Positions 1-19,916 of a DNA stretch of 64,000 nt are shown piece by piece. Numbering within the stretch: position 1 is the stretch's first letter; every line of letters begins with the position of its first letter. The notes below the pieces were generated by a model. The model was given only the letters and a program-made list of their open reading frames with translations, did no database searches and was not told the DNA's origin. The position numbers and the translations under genes are program-made. Source of the stretch: Salpingoeca rosetta (taxonomy: Eukaryota; Protista; Choanoflagellata); assembly GCA_033442325.1 (NCBI GenBank), contig JAWQFM010000005.1, positions 1,274,329-1,338,328 of the forward strand, read 5' to 3'.

Positions 1-78
1 CCCCCCTTACCACAACTTGTCCATTCCAACAACCTTTTCGTTGCCCCTCCGCCCCACCTCTCAATGCATGGAGTGCAG

Positions 79-738
79 GCCTTGGGTTCATGGCGATTGG
101 GCGGCGGGATGTGCTGTGTGACTGGGTCTACGGCGAAAACCTCGCCCACGCCATCGCCCTCGCAGTGCAGCGGCTCACAGCCGACGACAGCGCTCCTACT
201 GGTCGGTGGTGTGTGTGCGTGTTGTTGTGGATGTTTTCGTGGACCCACGCGACTCACTTGTATTCACGAATACATTCACACACATGTACATACATGCACA
301 CACGCAGTGTCTGGGCGAGCGCTGTTCATATCAGACCAGCAGCCGGTGAACAACTTCACGTTCCTGGCCACCATCCTCGGTGACACCTCCCTGTTCAGCG
401 TGTACGTCCCAACACCAGCCATGCTGGCGCTGGCGCACGTGATTGAGCGCGCACACGCCATCATCGCCCCCATCGTTCCGTTCGAGCCGTTCTTGACGGT
501 GGCGGAGGTGTGCAAGGTCGGCGTCACTCATTATGCCAGCCCGCGCCTTGCACGGCATGCCCTCGGCTACACCCCACGCGTCACACAGGACGAGGCAATA
601 CAGCGCACACGCGCGTGGTGTGAGCAGCAGGTTGCGCCTGCGTGGCAGCGCTCTCTTGTGCTTCGCGGCACCATCGCTGCTGCGGTCGGTTACATCGCCT
701 TCGCTCTTGCCCGCAGGTCGTGGCGAGCCTGCTTATAG
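79..738 (+). CDS. 3-beta-HSD-family extended SDR (SDR42E1-like), last two exons; 5' part lies outside the window
   Basis: Exons 79-201 and 308-738 join through a GT-AG intron: DWVYGENLAHAIALA...GRALFISDQQPVNNFTFL...EPFLTVAEVCKVGVTHYASPRLARHALGY. This matches the recalled SDR42E1 C-terminal motifs (FISDGRPVNNFEF; EVYKTGVTHYFS). A hydrophobic C-terminal tail follows. Confidence 0.85.
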   Translation, partial: ALGSWRLGGGMCCVTGSTAKTSPTPSPSQCSGSQPTTALLLVGGVCACCCGCFRGPTRLTCIHEYIHTHVHTCTHAVSGRALFISDQQPVNNFTFLATILGDTSLFSVYVPTPAMLALAHVIERAHAIIAPIVPFEPFLTVAEVCKVGVTHYASPRLARHALGYTPRVTQDEAIQRTRAWCEQQVAPAWQRSLVLRGTIAAAVGYIAFALARRSWRACL

Positions 739-742
739 CAGC

Positions 743-801
<59 letters not shown>

Positions 802-1032
802 TGTCGATACGCTGTCTTGTATTGTTGCACGCGCTACTCCCCCCCCCCCCTCTCATGCACTCCCATCGTTACAACAATGCCCTTTTTGACACAAGTAGAC
901 ATGTTAACTACTGAAGATGAAAAGAAGGTTTGTTTAACGGGTGGAGGGCTTGGGTGGCTGTTGTGGAGAGGTAATGTGACACGTGACGCATTATCAGTGC
1001 ATTGCGATCAGCTTGCACACATTCTTATGACG

Positions 1033-1084
<52 letters not shown>

Positions 1085-1180
1085 ACGCACAGCTTGCGCA
1101 GTCGTCACACATGCAGGCATGTGCCGACACGTGAGCGGTGCGTATGTGTGTGCGCATGCGAACGGTGGCTGTGCCCGTCT

Positions 1181-1389
1181 TCACTTGGCGACGGTGTCGT
1201 TTGCGAGCGCAGGAAGAATCTCGCAGTAGATGTCGATGCCACGGAGATAGATGTCCTCATGCAGGAACTCGTTGTGGTCGTGCAGCAGCACGGGTGTGTT
1301 GTTCATTGGCGAGAATCCAATGGCAGGGACGCCCGTCGCCCGGATGTAGCGGCTGGTTTGGTCGTTGTGCGGAGGCAGGTGTTTTAAGA

Positions 1390-1479
<90 letters not shown>

Positions 1480-2151
1480 GCATAAATGAGTGTTGTATAG
1501 ATATCGCGAAATATAGACACACACTCGCTCACCACACCCAAACACGTTCTTTTTGTAGAACAGAGAAAAGAGTGTGTGCACGCGAGAGTGTGTGANNNNN
1601 NNNNNNNNNNNNNNNNNNNNNNNNNNNNNNNNNNNNNNNNNNNNNNNNNNNNNNNNNNNNNNNNNNNNNNNNNNNNNNNNNNNNNNNNNNNNNNNTTCTT
1701 GCAGGCGTTGGTGAAGGCTGTCCAGTAGATGTTCTTGTCCGACGTGTCTGTGACGGGGTTGATGTAGCGAACCTGCACAAACTTGTACGTCACGCCCTGC
1801 ACGCAACCCCAAATGTTACGTGATTTGATGTAACATCAATGTATCTGCGTCAGAACGGCGTCGCAAAGAACATAGAGTTTGCCACGTGACAATAACGAGA
1901 TGCAACCAGGGTGGCAGGCAGAGAATGGCATGGTGAACGTGAGTTCAACTTTACTCGCACATCCCAAATCATCCAAGCCGCGGCTGTGCTCACCTCCTCC
2001 TTGGTCCACTCGTCAATTTGCTTCTGGAACTCCTCCAAGTTGACCGTTGGCGGCAGGCGAATGTCAAACGCTGCAGCGCAAGTCACGAATGGAAGAAAGT
2101 GGGGGTGGATTGTGTAGGTCAATCAACGTGAACGAACACACACACACACAC

Positions 2152-2200
<49 letters not shown>

Positions 2201-3225
2201 CGCAGTGCGCATACACGCATGCACACCAAGTGCACATACACACAGACGCACATTTACATCGCACACACATTTCAACAACCACATCGCACACATACTCCAA
2301 GAGGAGCAAACACATGCACACATGCACACATGCACACATGCACACATGCACACATGCACACGAGCGACGCACGATGAACGTACAGCACTCGGCCTCGGAA
2401 GGGATGACGTTGCACTGGACGCCTCCGCGGAGAATGGTGAGGTTGACTGTGGTCACGTCGCCCAGCTTCTTCGTGGGATCCTGCAAACACATGCACACGC
2501 GGTGCGCATGGTAGCCAGCGGGGGAAGACAGGTAATCGGGTGGCATTGCGAATGAGGCACATGTGTGCAACAATGATATGGTTGCCGTGATAATGTGAAT
2601 CAAGTACATGGGTAGCATTTGACACTCATGTACCCACATTGCTGTGCACACAAAGAGACAACAGATACGTTGCACAAGCACACATACCCATCACCAACCA
2701 CCAGTCATCAATCACCAATCACCGCTGCTACTGAGGACTCACACCCTCGAGAATGGCCTCCTGCTGGCGGCGGAATTCGAGAAAGCGGTTGATCACTTTG
2801 TTCTGTATCGACGACAACAACAAGAACGATAAACGTAGTCAGCAGCTGTAGCGTAAGGTGCGGTGTTGTCCTTGACATCAAATGGCATGGCCAAGGCACC
2901 GAGGCAGTGAAGGGGGTTGTGTGCTGACAGAACTGAGAGGGTTTCGTTGGCAGAAACAGAAGCACAAGAAGAAGCATGCACACCCGCGCACGCACACACG
3001 CACACGTACACACACCAGCTTGATGGTTGCGGTGTCCTTGACAAAGCGGCTGCCGTGGCCAGGCGGCCCTTCGCTCTGAATGGTGACCCACCTGCAGAAT
3101 GGTCACAAACGAGTTGAAGGAAGCTCAGTACCAGACCAGAGGCAGGCGAACTTGCGTTCATACACACATGTGTGCGCCTACACACACACACACACACGCA
3201 CGCACACACACACGCACACACACAC

Positions 3226-3286
<61 letters not shown>

Positions 3287-3900
3287 CACAAGCCTATATT
3301 CACACAGAGCGAACGGACCAGGCAACGCGCTCGCCGTAGAACACGGTGAACTTATCGCTCTCGCTGGCGAGGCCTTCGTCAAGTGCACACCCTGCATGCC
3401 GTTCAGATCATGGTGTGGTATCAGGAAGCACATTAGCTGGAAGAGGGGGTGGATATGTGCACAGATGTGGCTGTATGCATGTGCATGCAAAGATGCATGT
3501 GTCAAGTCCACGACACGAACAGCAGCCTTGTCGTGGTGAGGGGTGCACTGTGTTCAACTCCATCCCCCGCGGTGTTGCAGTTACAGACCAATGTTGAGTT
3601 CCTTGAAGAGTGGGTCCTTGACAAAGATCTCCATGCCATCATGACCTCCAATCTCTTCATCGGGCACGAACGTGAGATGGATGGTCCGCTTGAGCTTGAT
3701 CCCACGCTCCTTCAGCACGCGCAGCGCCTCAAGGTACTGCATGCCGACGCACTTCATGTCCTGACAGCGCACAAGGGCGGCGTGGGAAAATGTGCAGGGT
3801 GTGTGTGTATGTGTGTGAGTGAGTGTGTGCGAGTGATTTGCTTGTGCTTGTACTTGTGCTTGTGTTTGTCTGTGCTTGTGCTTGTGTTTGTGTTTGTGTT

Positions 3901-3950
<50 letters not shown>

Positions 3951-4127
3951 TGTGTATGTGTGTGCTTGTGCTTGTGTTCTTGTGTTTGTGTATGTGCATG
4001 CACGTGTGTGCACTTGTGTGTGTGTGTGCTTGTGCTTGTGTTTGTGTGTGTTTGCACTCGTATGTGCACTTGTATGTGTACTTGTGCCTGTGCTTGTGTT
4101 TGTGTGTGTATGCACTTGTGTGTGCAC

Positions 4128-4212
<85 letters not shown>

Positions 4213-4715
4213 TACCTGGGTACCGCGAGCATAGATCTTGCCGTCAACCTTGGTGGCTGAGAAAGGAGGATAGTCCCAGTGATCCTAGTCGTGTTGACAA
4301 CAAGTGAAGGCTTCGGGTTGAGTTCAAGCGCCACGACAACCAAGCAGCAAGGAGGCATCGCCTCATGCCAACGCGCATGCATGCGTGCATGCACACACAC
4401 ACACACATATGCGCACACCTCCTTACCTCATCCACGGGCACGACGTCAACGTGTGAGTTGAGGCACAGTGAGGGAAGGCTCGGGTCCTCGCCTGGCAGCG
4501 TCATGATCGTCACAGGCTTTCCAGGAACGCCTGATGCAAAGTACATGTGAGGAGTTGTCCACAGTGCACACTGCTGACGCGTAACAGGTACAAAGCAAAC
4601 GCGACTGCGTGCACTCACAACACTCACCTGTCCACTGGCGAAACTGGAGGCCAATCTCCTTGGCCTGTCGCTCCAGGAACACGCTGGCAGCGGCTGAGGT
4701 AATAGGTCGGAACAT
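1181..4715 (-). CDS. ACY1: Aminoacylase-1 (M20 metallopeptidase), multi-exon; start uncertain; one exon probably in the N gap
   Basis: Exons in order: [10 protein letters not shown]; [18 protein letters not shown]; [24 protein letters not shown]; [14 protein letters not shown]; GHGSRF; [22 protein letters not shown]; FDIRLPP; [31 protein letters not shown], stop at 1181. These are the canonical ACY1 metal-binding motifs. Confidence 0.95.
1596..1695. other. Assembly gap (100 N)
   Basis: Run of N inside ACY1, where the conserved IFPAATD segment is missing. Confidence 0.99.
2155..2195. repeat. (TA)n microsatellite in an ACY1 intron
   Basis: Direct reading. Confidence 0.95.
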
Positions 4716-4774
4716 GAGAAGCGCCGAATGCACGCATACCGACCTTACATCTCACGCACACACACACGCACGCG

Positions 4775-4875
<101 letters not shown>

Positions 4876-5113
4876 TCACTCACTCACTCACTCACTCACA
4901 CACACACACACACGCACGCACGCACTCACACACACGCACGCACTCACACAAGCAAAGGAGATACTTAGAACGAACCTGATAGCTAACACAGAAAGAAAGG
5001 AAAGAAAGCAAGGAATACCTCACCACCTCCACGCACAACCCCCCCCCACTCTCTCCCGACTCCGCCTTTCCCATCTCTCACTCTCGTTCACCCTTATACC
5101 TCATCATGTCACG

Positions 5114-12148
<7,035 letters not shown>

Positions 12149-12793
12149 CCTCCCCACCCTGCTGCACCCTGCTGCACCCTTCTTCAGCCACGCAGGCAGT
12201 GGTCCTGCCTCCTCCTCTTTGTTCAGGCTCTGCACACCCAACTGTTGTCGTGTTGTCTTGCTGTGGGGCTGGCCGTCGTGTGTTTGCTTTGCTTTGCTGT
12301 GCGTGTTTGCGAATATGGAAGAGCACCCACCAGGTCGAACACGCACACTTCTTCGTCTTTGTCTGGCTGGCTGGCGTCGTCACACACCCTCAGCGCGCAA
12401 CGCACACCAAGCGACCAACCAACGCCCACTTTTTCCGTGAAGCTTGCTGAATGCCACGCTTGGTGGCTGCTGGTTGGTTGTTTTTGACGAAGGTCTGTCC
12501 AAGCCATCGCCTTTGTTCGCACAGCGAACAGCGCGAAATCGTCAAGATCGCCTTCAAGGCATGCATGCAAGCGAAGCGAACGCAAATTAAAATGCCTGCT
12601 TCAAATTTTTCCGGGACAAAGAGGTGGTAGACAAAACGTGGGCAAGGTTGTCAAGTATCGTTCATTGTGCATCGAATCAATTCACCAAAGACAAAAAGAA
12701 AAGAAATGTGATGCTGAAATTGATTTGACGTACATGAGACACACTCACACAAACACACACACTCACCCATTCACACACACACACACACACACA

Positions 12794-12794
<1 letters not shown>

Positions 12795-12886
<92 letters not shown>

Positions 12887-12888
12887 TG

Positions 12889-12942
<54 letters not shown>

Positions 12943-12980
12943 TCTCTCACTCTCTCTCTCACTCTCTCACTCACTCTCAC
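12795..12980. repeat. (TC)n microsatellite
   Basis: Direct reading; lies between the COLFI gene start and the 3' end of the S41 gene. Confidence 0.95.
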
Positions 12981-13044
12981 TCACTCTCACTAACACTCTC
13001 ACACACACACACAACACACACTCTCAGACAGAGACACAGAGGAA

Positions 13045-13143
13045 NNNNNNNNNNNNNNNNNNNNNNNNNNNNNNNNNNNNNNNNNNNNNNNNNNNNNNNN
13101 NNNNNNNNNNNNNNNNNNNNNNNNNNNNNNNNNNNNNNNNNNN
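13045..13143. other. Assembly gap
   Basis: Run of N truncating the cytoplasmic tail of the S41 protease. Confidence 0.99.
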
Positions 13144-14131
13144 NGTCGTCGTGGCCGCCGCCGCCATTGCATGCACGGCCAGTGCCCGTGGACGTACTGC
13201 GGCTGCTCGTTTGGCCCACAGAGTCGCCGTCCAGCGGGCCGTCGCTCTCAAACTCATGCTCAAAGATGTTCGAGTGCTGGCGGTAAGGAACGGTGCGGCG
13301 AGAGCGGACGCGGCGAAGGAGCGTCATGGCCACCACCGCCACCACCGCACCGCAGACGGCCGCGATAATGGGAAGGTACACCAGCCGGGCATCCTTCTTC
13401 GAGCCACCCGCGTCGGGCCCGCTCGTGGACGACACCCACCACGACGTGGACGTGGTGGACGACGACCACGTTGTGCTGAACTCCCACGAATTGACCGGCT
13501 GCCTGTCGCGCGGGAAGGGCTGCGTGCACTCGGCCGGGTAGAACTGTGGGTTCTCCCTCACCTCGCGCCACGTGGTGGAGGCAATGCGCGTGTACAGGTC
13601 GCCCAGGCGACGTGGGTGCGACTCGGGCACCCCCATCCACACGGGGAACTGGCGGTGCGCTGGCAGGTTGTACCACTCCCGTGGGAGCGAGTTCTCGCCC
13701 AGGTGCCGGTAGAACAGCTGGTGGAAGTTGAAGCGTGCGCCGGCCGGCGTTGGCAGGTGCAGTGCAGGTGCCACGCGCTCCAGACCTTGCTCCGGCCACG
13801 CGCTGAAGTTGGACAGGAACGCCTTGATGCGAAGCTGACGTGACAGGTCGGGCCAGATGCCATCCCACTCCTCCACATTGCCGCCACAGAACGACGAGAT
13901 GTCCCTGCAGGCCAGCGGTGGGAAGATGAGAATAAATGGGAGACCAAAGGTTGAGATGCGGTGGAGAAGAAAAAAGTCGGGAAGAAGGGATTGTTGGACA
14001 CCAAACGGAAAAAACAACTTGAACGACTTTGGAACAACACTATGCACACGGACAGTGAACACACGCTCATACGCAAATGAGCTCACGCACACACGCACAC
14101 TTGGACCCATGCACACACGCACACACACTTG

Positions 14132-14175
<44 letters not shown>

Positions 14176-15862
14176 AATTTACATGCATGTGTGCACTAAC
14201 GCAGCACTCACATGCCAGAGCCGGGTTCACCGCCGTAGGAAAAACGGTAACGTTTCCAGAGAAGAGCATGGCCGTGCTGAACGCAGAGCAGGCGCTACCA
14301 CACGTGCCGTCTGTCAGCAGCGACACATCTGTAAACTGGGACGAGAACGCCAGCACAGATGCAGGGCAGTCGTCCACAGAGGAGCCATCATCGTCGTCGC
14401 CGTAATACATGTCGTCGTCATCAGTATAGTCGCCGCCTGTGTCATCATCGTCGCTGCCTGATGGGCTGCTCTCGCAGATGTGGTAGCACTCGAGCGTGTG
14501 CGTGGCACTGTAGTTGCTTGCGCGAGCGCCCCAGTCCCGCACCACCTCTGTCGCCAACAGCACGCTGAACAAGAAACACAACGGCACATGTGCATGTCAT
14601 GCACGCGTGTGAGCAAGGAAGGGGTAAGGAACCGAACCAATGGCAGCTTCAGGCTTCAATGTACGCATTCATAAAAGCACAAAGAAACCCACAAACAAAC
14701 CCACGAACACACAAACCCACGAACACACAAACACACAAACAAACAAACAGACAAACAAACAAACAAACAAACACAAACAAACAAACACACACAAACACAC
14801 ACAAACACACACAAACACACCGGGCGCGCAGGTCTGAGAACGGGGCTGGGAATGGGCCGAGGAGCTGCTGGTACTGGCGATCAAGGAACGCCGTGGACAC
14901 GAGCGCCGTGCGCACAAACTCGGCAAACTCCCGCCGCGAGACGGTGTCGTCCACCCGGCCCGCAAGCTGCAGCGCACTGCAGTCGAACACCGTGCACAGC
15001 GGTGACGTGTCCGGGGTGGGCAGCAGCGACGGGTCAATGGCGGCGAACGCATCCGCCGTCTCGCTCACGCGCATGATGAGGTCCTCCCACGTGGGCAGGC
15101 GGCCCAGTTCGGGAATAAGCTCCTTGGGCTCGCGTGACGCAACCTGCAGCCAGGCGCGTGCCGTATCGCTCAGTCGGACGTTCACACCCTCGCACAACTC
15201 CTCCGAGTCCTTCCAGTTGCGTGGACCAAGGATAACCTGAGCGGTTGGTGTGGTTTGTGGTTGGTAGGAGAAGTAAGACAAGGTCAAAAATGATGATGAT
15301 GATGATGATGATGATGATCATGATGATGATGATGATGATGATGATGATTGGGGGGGGGAGATGAAGCACGACGCTGCATGTGTGCGTGCGCACACGTGTG
15401 TGTGTATTTGTGTGTATGTGTGTGTGTTTGTGTGTGTAAGCGGCAAGTGTGCGTTGGGTGTTCTCACCTGAAGCGCATACCACAAGAGAGCGACATAGCC
15501 GCCGCCATTGGTCGCTGTACGGAGACACAAACGTGCACATCACACAAATTCGTGAGTCAAACACACACACAAATCCTTGCACACGCAATTGCACGCATGC
15601 ACACTCACGCATGTGCACACAACCGATCATGCACGGACAGGCTTGTATGCCATCACACTCCTTCTCAAACGCGCGCAAACGGTTCAAACTCACAAACATC
15701 GACGACCAAGCTGAAGGCGGTGGGATGTGAGCATCAGGCCGGGAATGAGGAACGACATGACAACGGACGCAGAAACGCCATAAACGTTAGCACCATGTTT
15801 TGCACAGACACATCACAAGAACAGAACGCATCTTCACCCCACACACGCACACGCACACACAC

Positions 15863-15908
<46 letters not shown>

Positions 15909-18900
15909 CACACACACACAACACACACACACAAGCATGCACACACAAGCACGCACACAAGCATGCACACAAGCATGCACACAAGCACACACACACACAC
16001 CGGTTGATGCCGCGGCGCTGCGCCTCGGCAGTCATAGTGGCGGTGACGCGATCAAATGCGGCAATGTGGCCCGAATAGTCAAGGTAGTCTGACGCAAAGC
16101 TGAAGATCTTCAGCACCATGGCAGGCCCCTCCGAGCCGTTGATGACACGCCCCTCCAAAAACCCGGACACGGTGGTGTTGGCAATCACCTCCCACGGCGT
16201 GGAGGCAGTGCCGTTTCCAGCACCTGTACCTACCCCCGCGTCATCAGCATCATCAAATGGGCTGGTGGCCTGCGTGTTGTCGTCATCGGGAGTGTAGGTG
16301 ACCTCGTCCGGTGGCGTGAACGGCGTTGGGAACGGGTGGCGGCGGTGCTTGAACGGCTGGCCCTTACCCCTGGCACGCGCTCCCTCCCACGCAGCACCAG
16401 CACCATCGCTGCCAGCAACAGCGGCGGCGGCAGCAGCAGCAGCACCACCACCACCACCAACACCGTCCGGGTAGGGCAGAGCTGCGGCGTGGATGGCCTG
16501 CACGGCAGCGTCGAGTGCATCCCCATCCTCATCGCTGCGGCGCCGGCGCTGGCTCCTGGACACGGCGGGCGTGGTGGCAATCACACCCCGGCCATCGTAC
16601 CCACGGTCAAGCTGCGCCTGCAGCTGCACGCGGGTCAGGTGGCCGGGAACGAGCGCCTGTGGTTGAGCAACAAGCGTGTCCGCGTCCTTGCCCTCCATTG
16701 CAAAGCGCACGCCGTCGTCCAGCCAGCGGTGGCCCCACTGCGCCCCGTACGCGTACTGCCACAGCAGCTGGTTGTCAAGCTCCTGCAGCAGGCTGTTGAT
16801 GCGCACACTGCGGCTCTTGTACAGCCCAAGATTGCCGGCGAGATCCCCGAGCCACTGCAAGGGGTCCTGGTCATTGATGGCCTTGACACAACCGTCTGCG
16901 AGTGTGCAGTTGTTGCTGAAGACGCCCGCATCTTTGATGCACACGCGCGCGCACACGCCGCTGGCGTGGTCGGGCCGCTCGTCAAGCGCAATGTAGAAGC
17001 CCATGTCGACGTAGAACCCGTAGAACGGTGTTGGGAGGTAGTACATGGTGTGCGCATCGTACAGCCGCGTGAACTCGTTCGCAACCTCAAAGTGGAAGTC
17101 GGCTGCGTTGTCGCGCACGCCCAGCAGCTCGGCCTTTGTCACGCGGGCGTTTCCGTCCACATCGGCCTGGCTGTCCAGCTCCTTCAGCTTCTCATCCAGG
17201 CGCCCAACAATGTCCACTTGCATCTCGTGCACGTCAAAGCCACAGTTCTCCAGGCTCTCGCCAAGCGAATCCGACCCAGCCGTGCTGTCGGACGCAATGT
17301 CCGCAAACGAATAGTACTCTGCAGCAGGGTGATCAGTATGAGTGTGAAGGTGTGTGGGTGTGCGGGTGTATGTGAGCGTGAAGTGTGAAGTGTGTGAAAT
17401 GTGTAGGGAGAAATGGTGAGTTGGCCAGAAACAACAACTAGTACTGACATCGACTTCAACATCAGAATCGCTGTGCGCGTTTGAAAACAAGTACACAGCA
17501 ACACACAGCAAAACACGCACACAGAGCAACACGCGCACGCAATCACACACACACACACACACGCATACAGCAACACACGCACACAGAGCAACACGCGCAC
17601 GCAATCACACACACACACACACAATCACACACCTGCTGCGCCATTGCGCAGGGTCTCGAGGGTGGATCGCATGCGCACGCCATCAATGGTGACGGATGCA
17701 AGGCACGAGCGCACGTCTTCCAGCGGGGCAGCGAGCCAACGCATGCCGTCCGCGTTGCGGGAGAGGAAGCAGCACGGGTCTGTCTCACGACAGGCGGCCA
17801 CGCACGTGGCACGCGTGGAGGGGTCCAGTGCCGCGTCGGCAACAGTGCCGCCGGCCTGTGTCCACGTCCACGTCGTGCTGCTGAGCGTGGACGTGCTCGA
17901 GCTACTCGACGTGGAACTGCTGCTTGACGATGAGGAGGATGAGGATGATGGGGCAGCGCTCGTGGTTGGTTTTGTCTTTGTTGTCGTCGTGGCTGTCGTT
18001 GTTGTCGTCGTGGTACTGCTGGAGTTGGTGGGTGCATGGGTGGTTGTGGTGGTGGTTGTGGTGGTTGTGGTGGTTGCATTGGCGGTCGTGGTGACGTTTG
18101 CGGCCGTCGTGATTGGGGCAGGCATGGTGCTATTGTGGTGGACGGTGCTGCTGTTGGCCGCGGTGGTGGAGACGGGAGCGACGGTGCTGGTGGTGTTGTT
18201 GTGCGCTGTCTTCGGCGTGGGCGCTGTGGAGTTTGAAACCGTGTCCATGTCACGGCGGTGGCGCGGAGCCTCCTGCAAGGGCGCGCCTGCATTGTTGGCC
18301 TCACGGTCCGTGTCTTCCTCGCTGTCAAAGTAGTAGTCGTCGTCGCTGGACAGGTCGTCCTCGTAAAACAGGACGGTGGCGGGCCCGTGCGGCATCTGCG
18401 CCGGCGTCTTGGCCACGATCGGGCCGTCCGCGGATGCGGCGGCAGGCCATCCGGCGTGGATGCGCTTTGCTGCGGGCTCAAGCAGGTACCATGCCGGCAC
18501 GAGGTCGGTGACGGAGCTCAGGATGTCCTCCATCCAGGAGTACAGCTCCGTTGGGCGCAGCATGATGAGAACAAAGCGGCCATCGAGCGAGGTGTATGTG
18601 CGGATGCCATCCTTCGACGCAGGGCCGGTGCTGTTGCGGGTTGTGAACAGCTGTCGCGCATCTGGCAGCAGCCAGTCACCGTCTATGGCGCAGTCGATTT
18701 CAGCGGCCAGGCCACACTTGCGATCGCTCGTGGCCGTGGGTGGCATGATCTCCACCTTTGCGCCCTTGCACGTGGTCAGCGGCCTGCATTCGCATGGCCG
18801 TGGCATGTAGTGCGTCTGCAAGTTGCACGGGTGTGGGCATGTCTGCTGCTGTTGCTGTTCTTGTTGCTGACTCTGAGCCAAGCTAGCCACGGCGCTCGTC

Positions 18901-18971
18901 GCAAAAACAGCCAAAACAGCCAAAACAGCCATGACAGCCACAACAGCCACAACACTGGCGTTTCGCCTCAT
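13144..18971 (-). CDS. Type I membrane S41 (CPAF-like) serine peptidase with a Cys-rich TNFR-like repeat and a mucin-like region; C-terminus in the gap
   Basis: Signal peptide MRRNASVVAVVAVMAVLAVLAVF; CRPLTTC..PTATSDRKC repeat; Thr/Ser-rich tract; S41 hallmarks LYDAHT, RLVVDVSTNGGGYV (built from exons 17318-16001, 15710-15694 and about 15514-15468) and LLTDGTCGSACS; TM LVYLPIIAAVCGAVVAVVAMTLL followed by RRVRSRR. Confidence 0.85.
15290..15348. repeat. (GAT)n trinucleotide repeat, intronic
   Basis: Direct reading. Confidence 0.9.
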
Positions 18972-19330
18972 TGTCTCGCGGGTGTGTGTATGTGTGTGTA
19001 TGTGTGTATGTGTGTGTGGTGTATGTGTGGTGTGTGTGGTGTGTGGTGTATGTGTGAGGTATGTCAAGAGCCCTCGGCAAAACGCACAACCAGGGTGCTG
19101 CTGAGTGCCGTCGCCTCAATCAAGATGAAACTGTGAATGGATTGGATGGCATGGGAGGATGGATGGAGAGATTGGTTGGAGCACCACCGCGCCACACAAA
19201 ACAGTGGAGAGAACACAAAGAGCACGGCTTGCGCAACGTGGGCAAACACTGATTTCAGTCGACATTGACGCCAGCTTTGCGTGTGGGAGTGGAGGAAGGA
19301 GTGCGACATGATGTGAAGAGAGTTGAGGAA

Positions 19331-19476
<146 letters not shown>

Positions 19477-19768
19477 ATGATGATGCTGGTGCTCTTGTGG
19501 TGCGTGGTAGTGGTGATGACTGCGCAGCTGAGCGGGGCGACGACCGTCACACCTGGCACAACCACCTGCGACCGCGCCCGCCAAGCGATTCAGGCCATGG
19601 AAGCAGCGTCAGAACACTTTCCACCGCTGGTCGACGTGGCCGCCCTGCGCACTGCCGCAGAGTTTTACTGCCAGCATGCCGTCAATCGTCCAACCACAGG
19701 AACAAGCCGACCGTTTCTGCTATCACCACCAACACCAACAACAACGCCGGAAGCACCCCGTGCGTCCC

Positions 19769-19844
<76 letters not shown>

Positions 19845-19878
19845 GCAGCAGCAGCAGCAGCAACAACAACAACAACTG

Positions 19879-19916
<38 letters not shown>

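Noticed and set aside
16336-17388. 350-aa + strand ORF (likewise 21283-22287 -, 30343-31494 -, 47020-48264 -)
   Set aside because: Antisense shadows of GC-rich coding exons, with no independent motifs.
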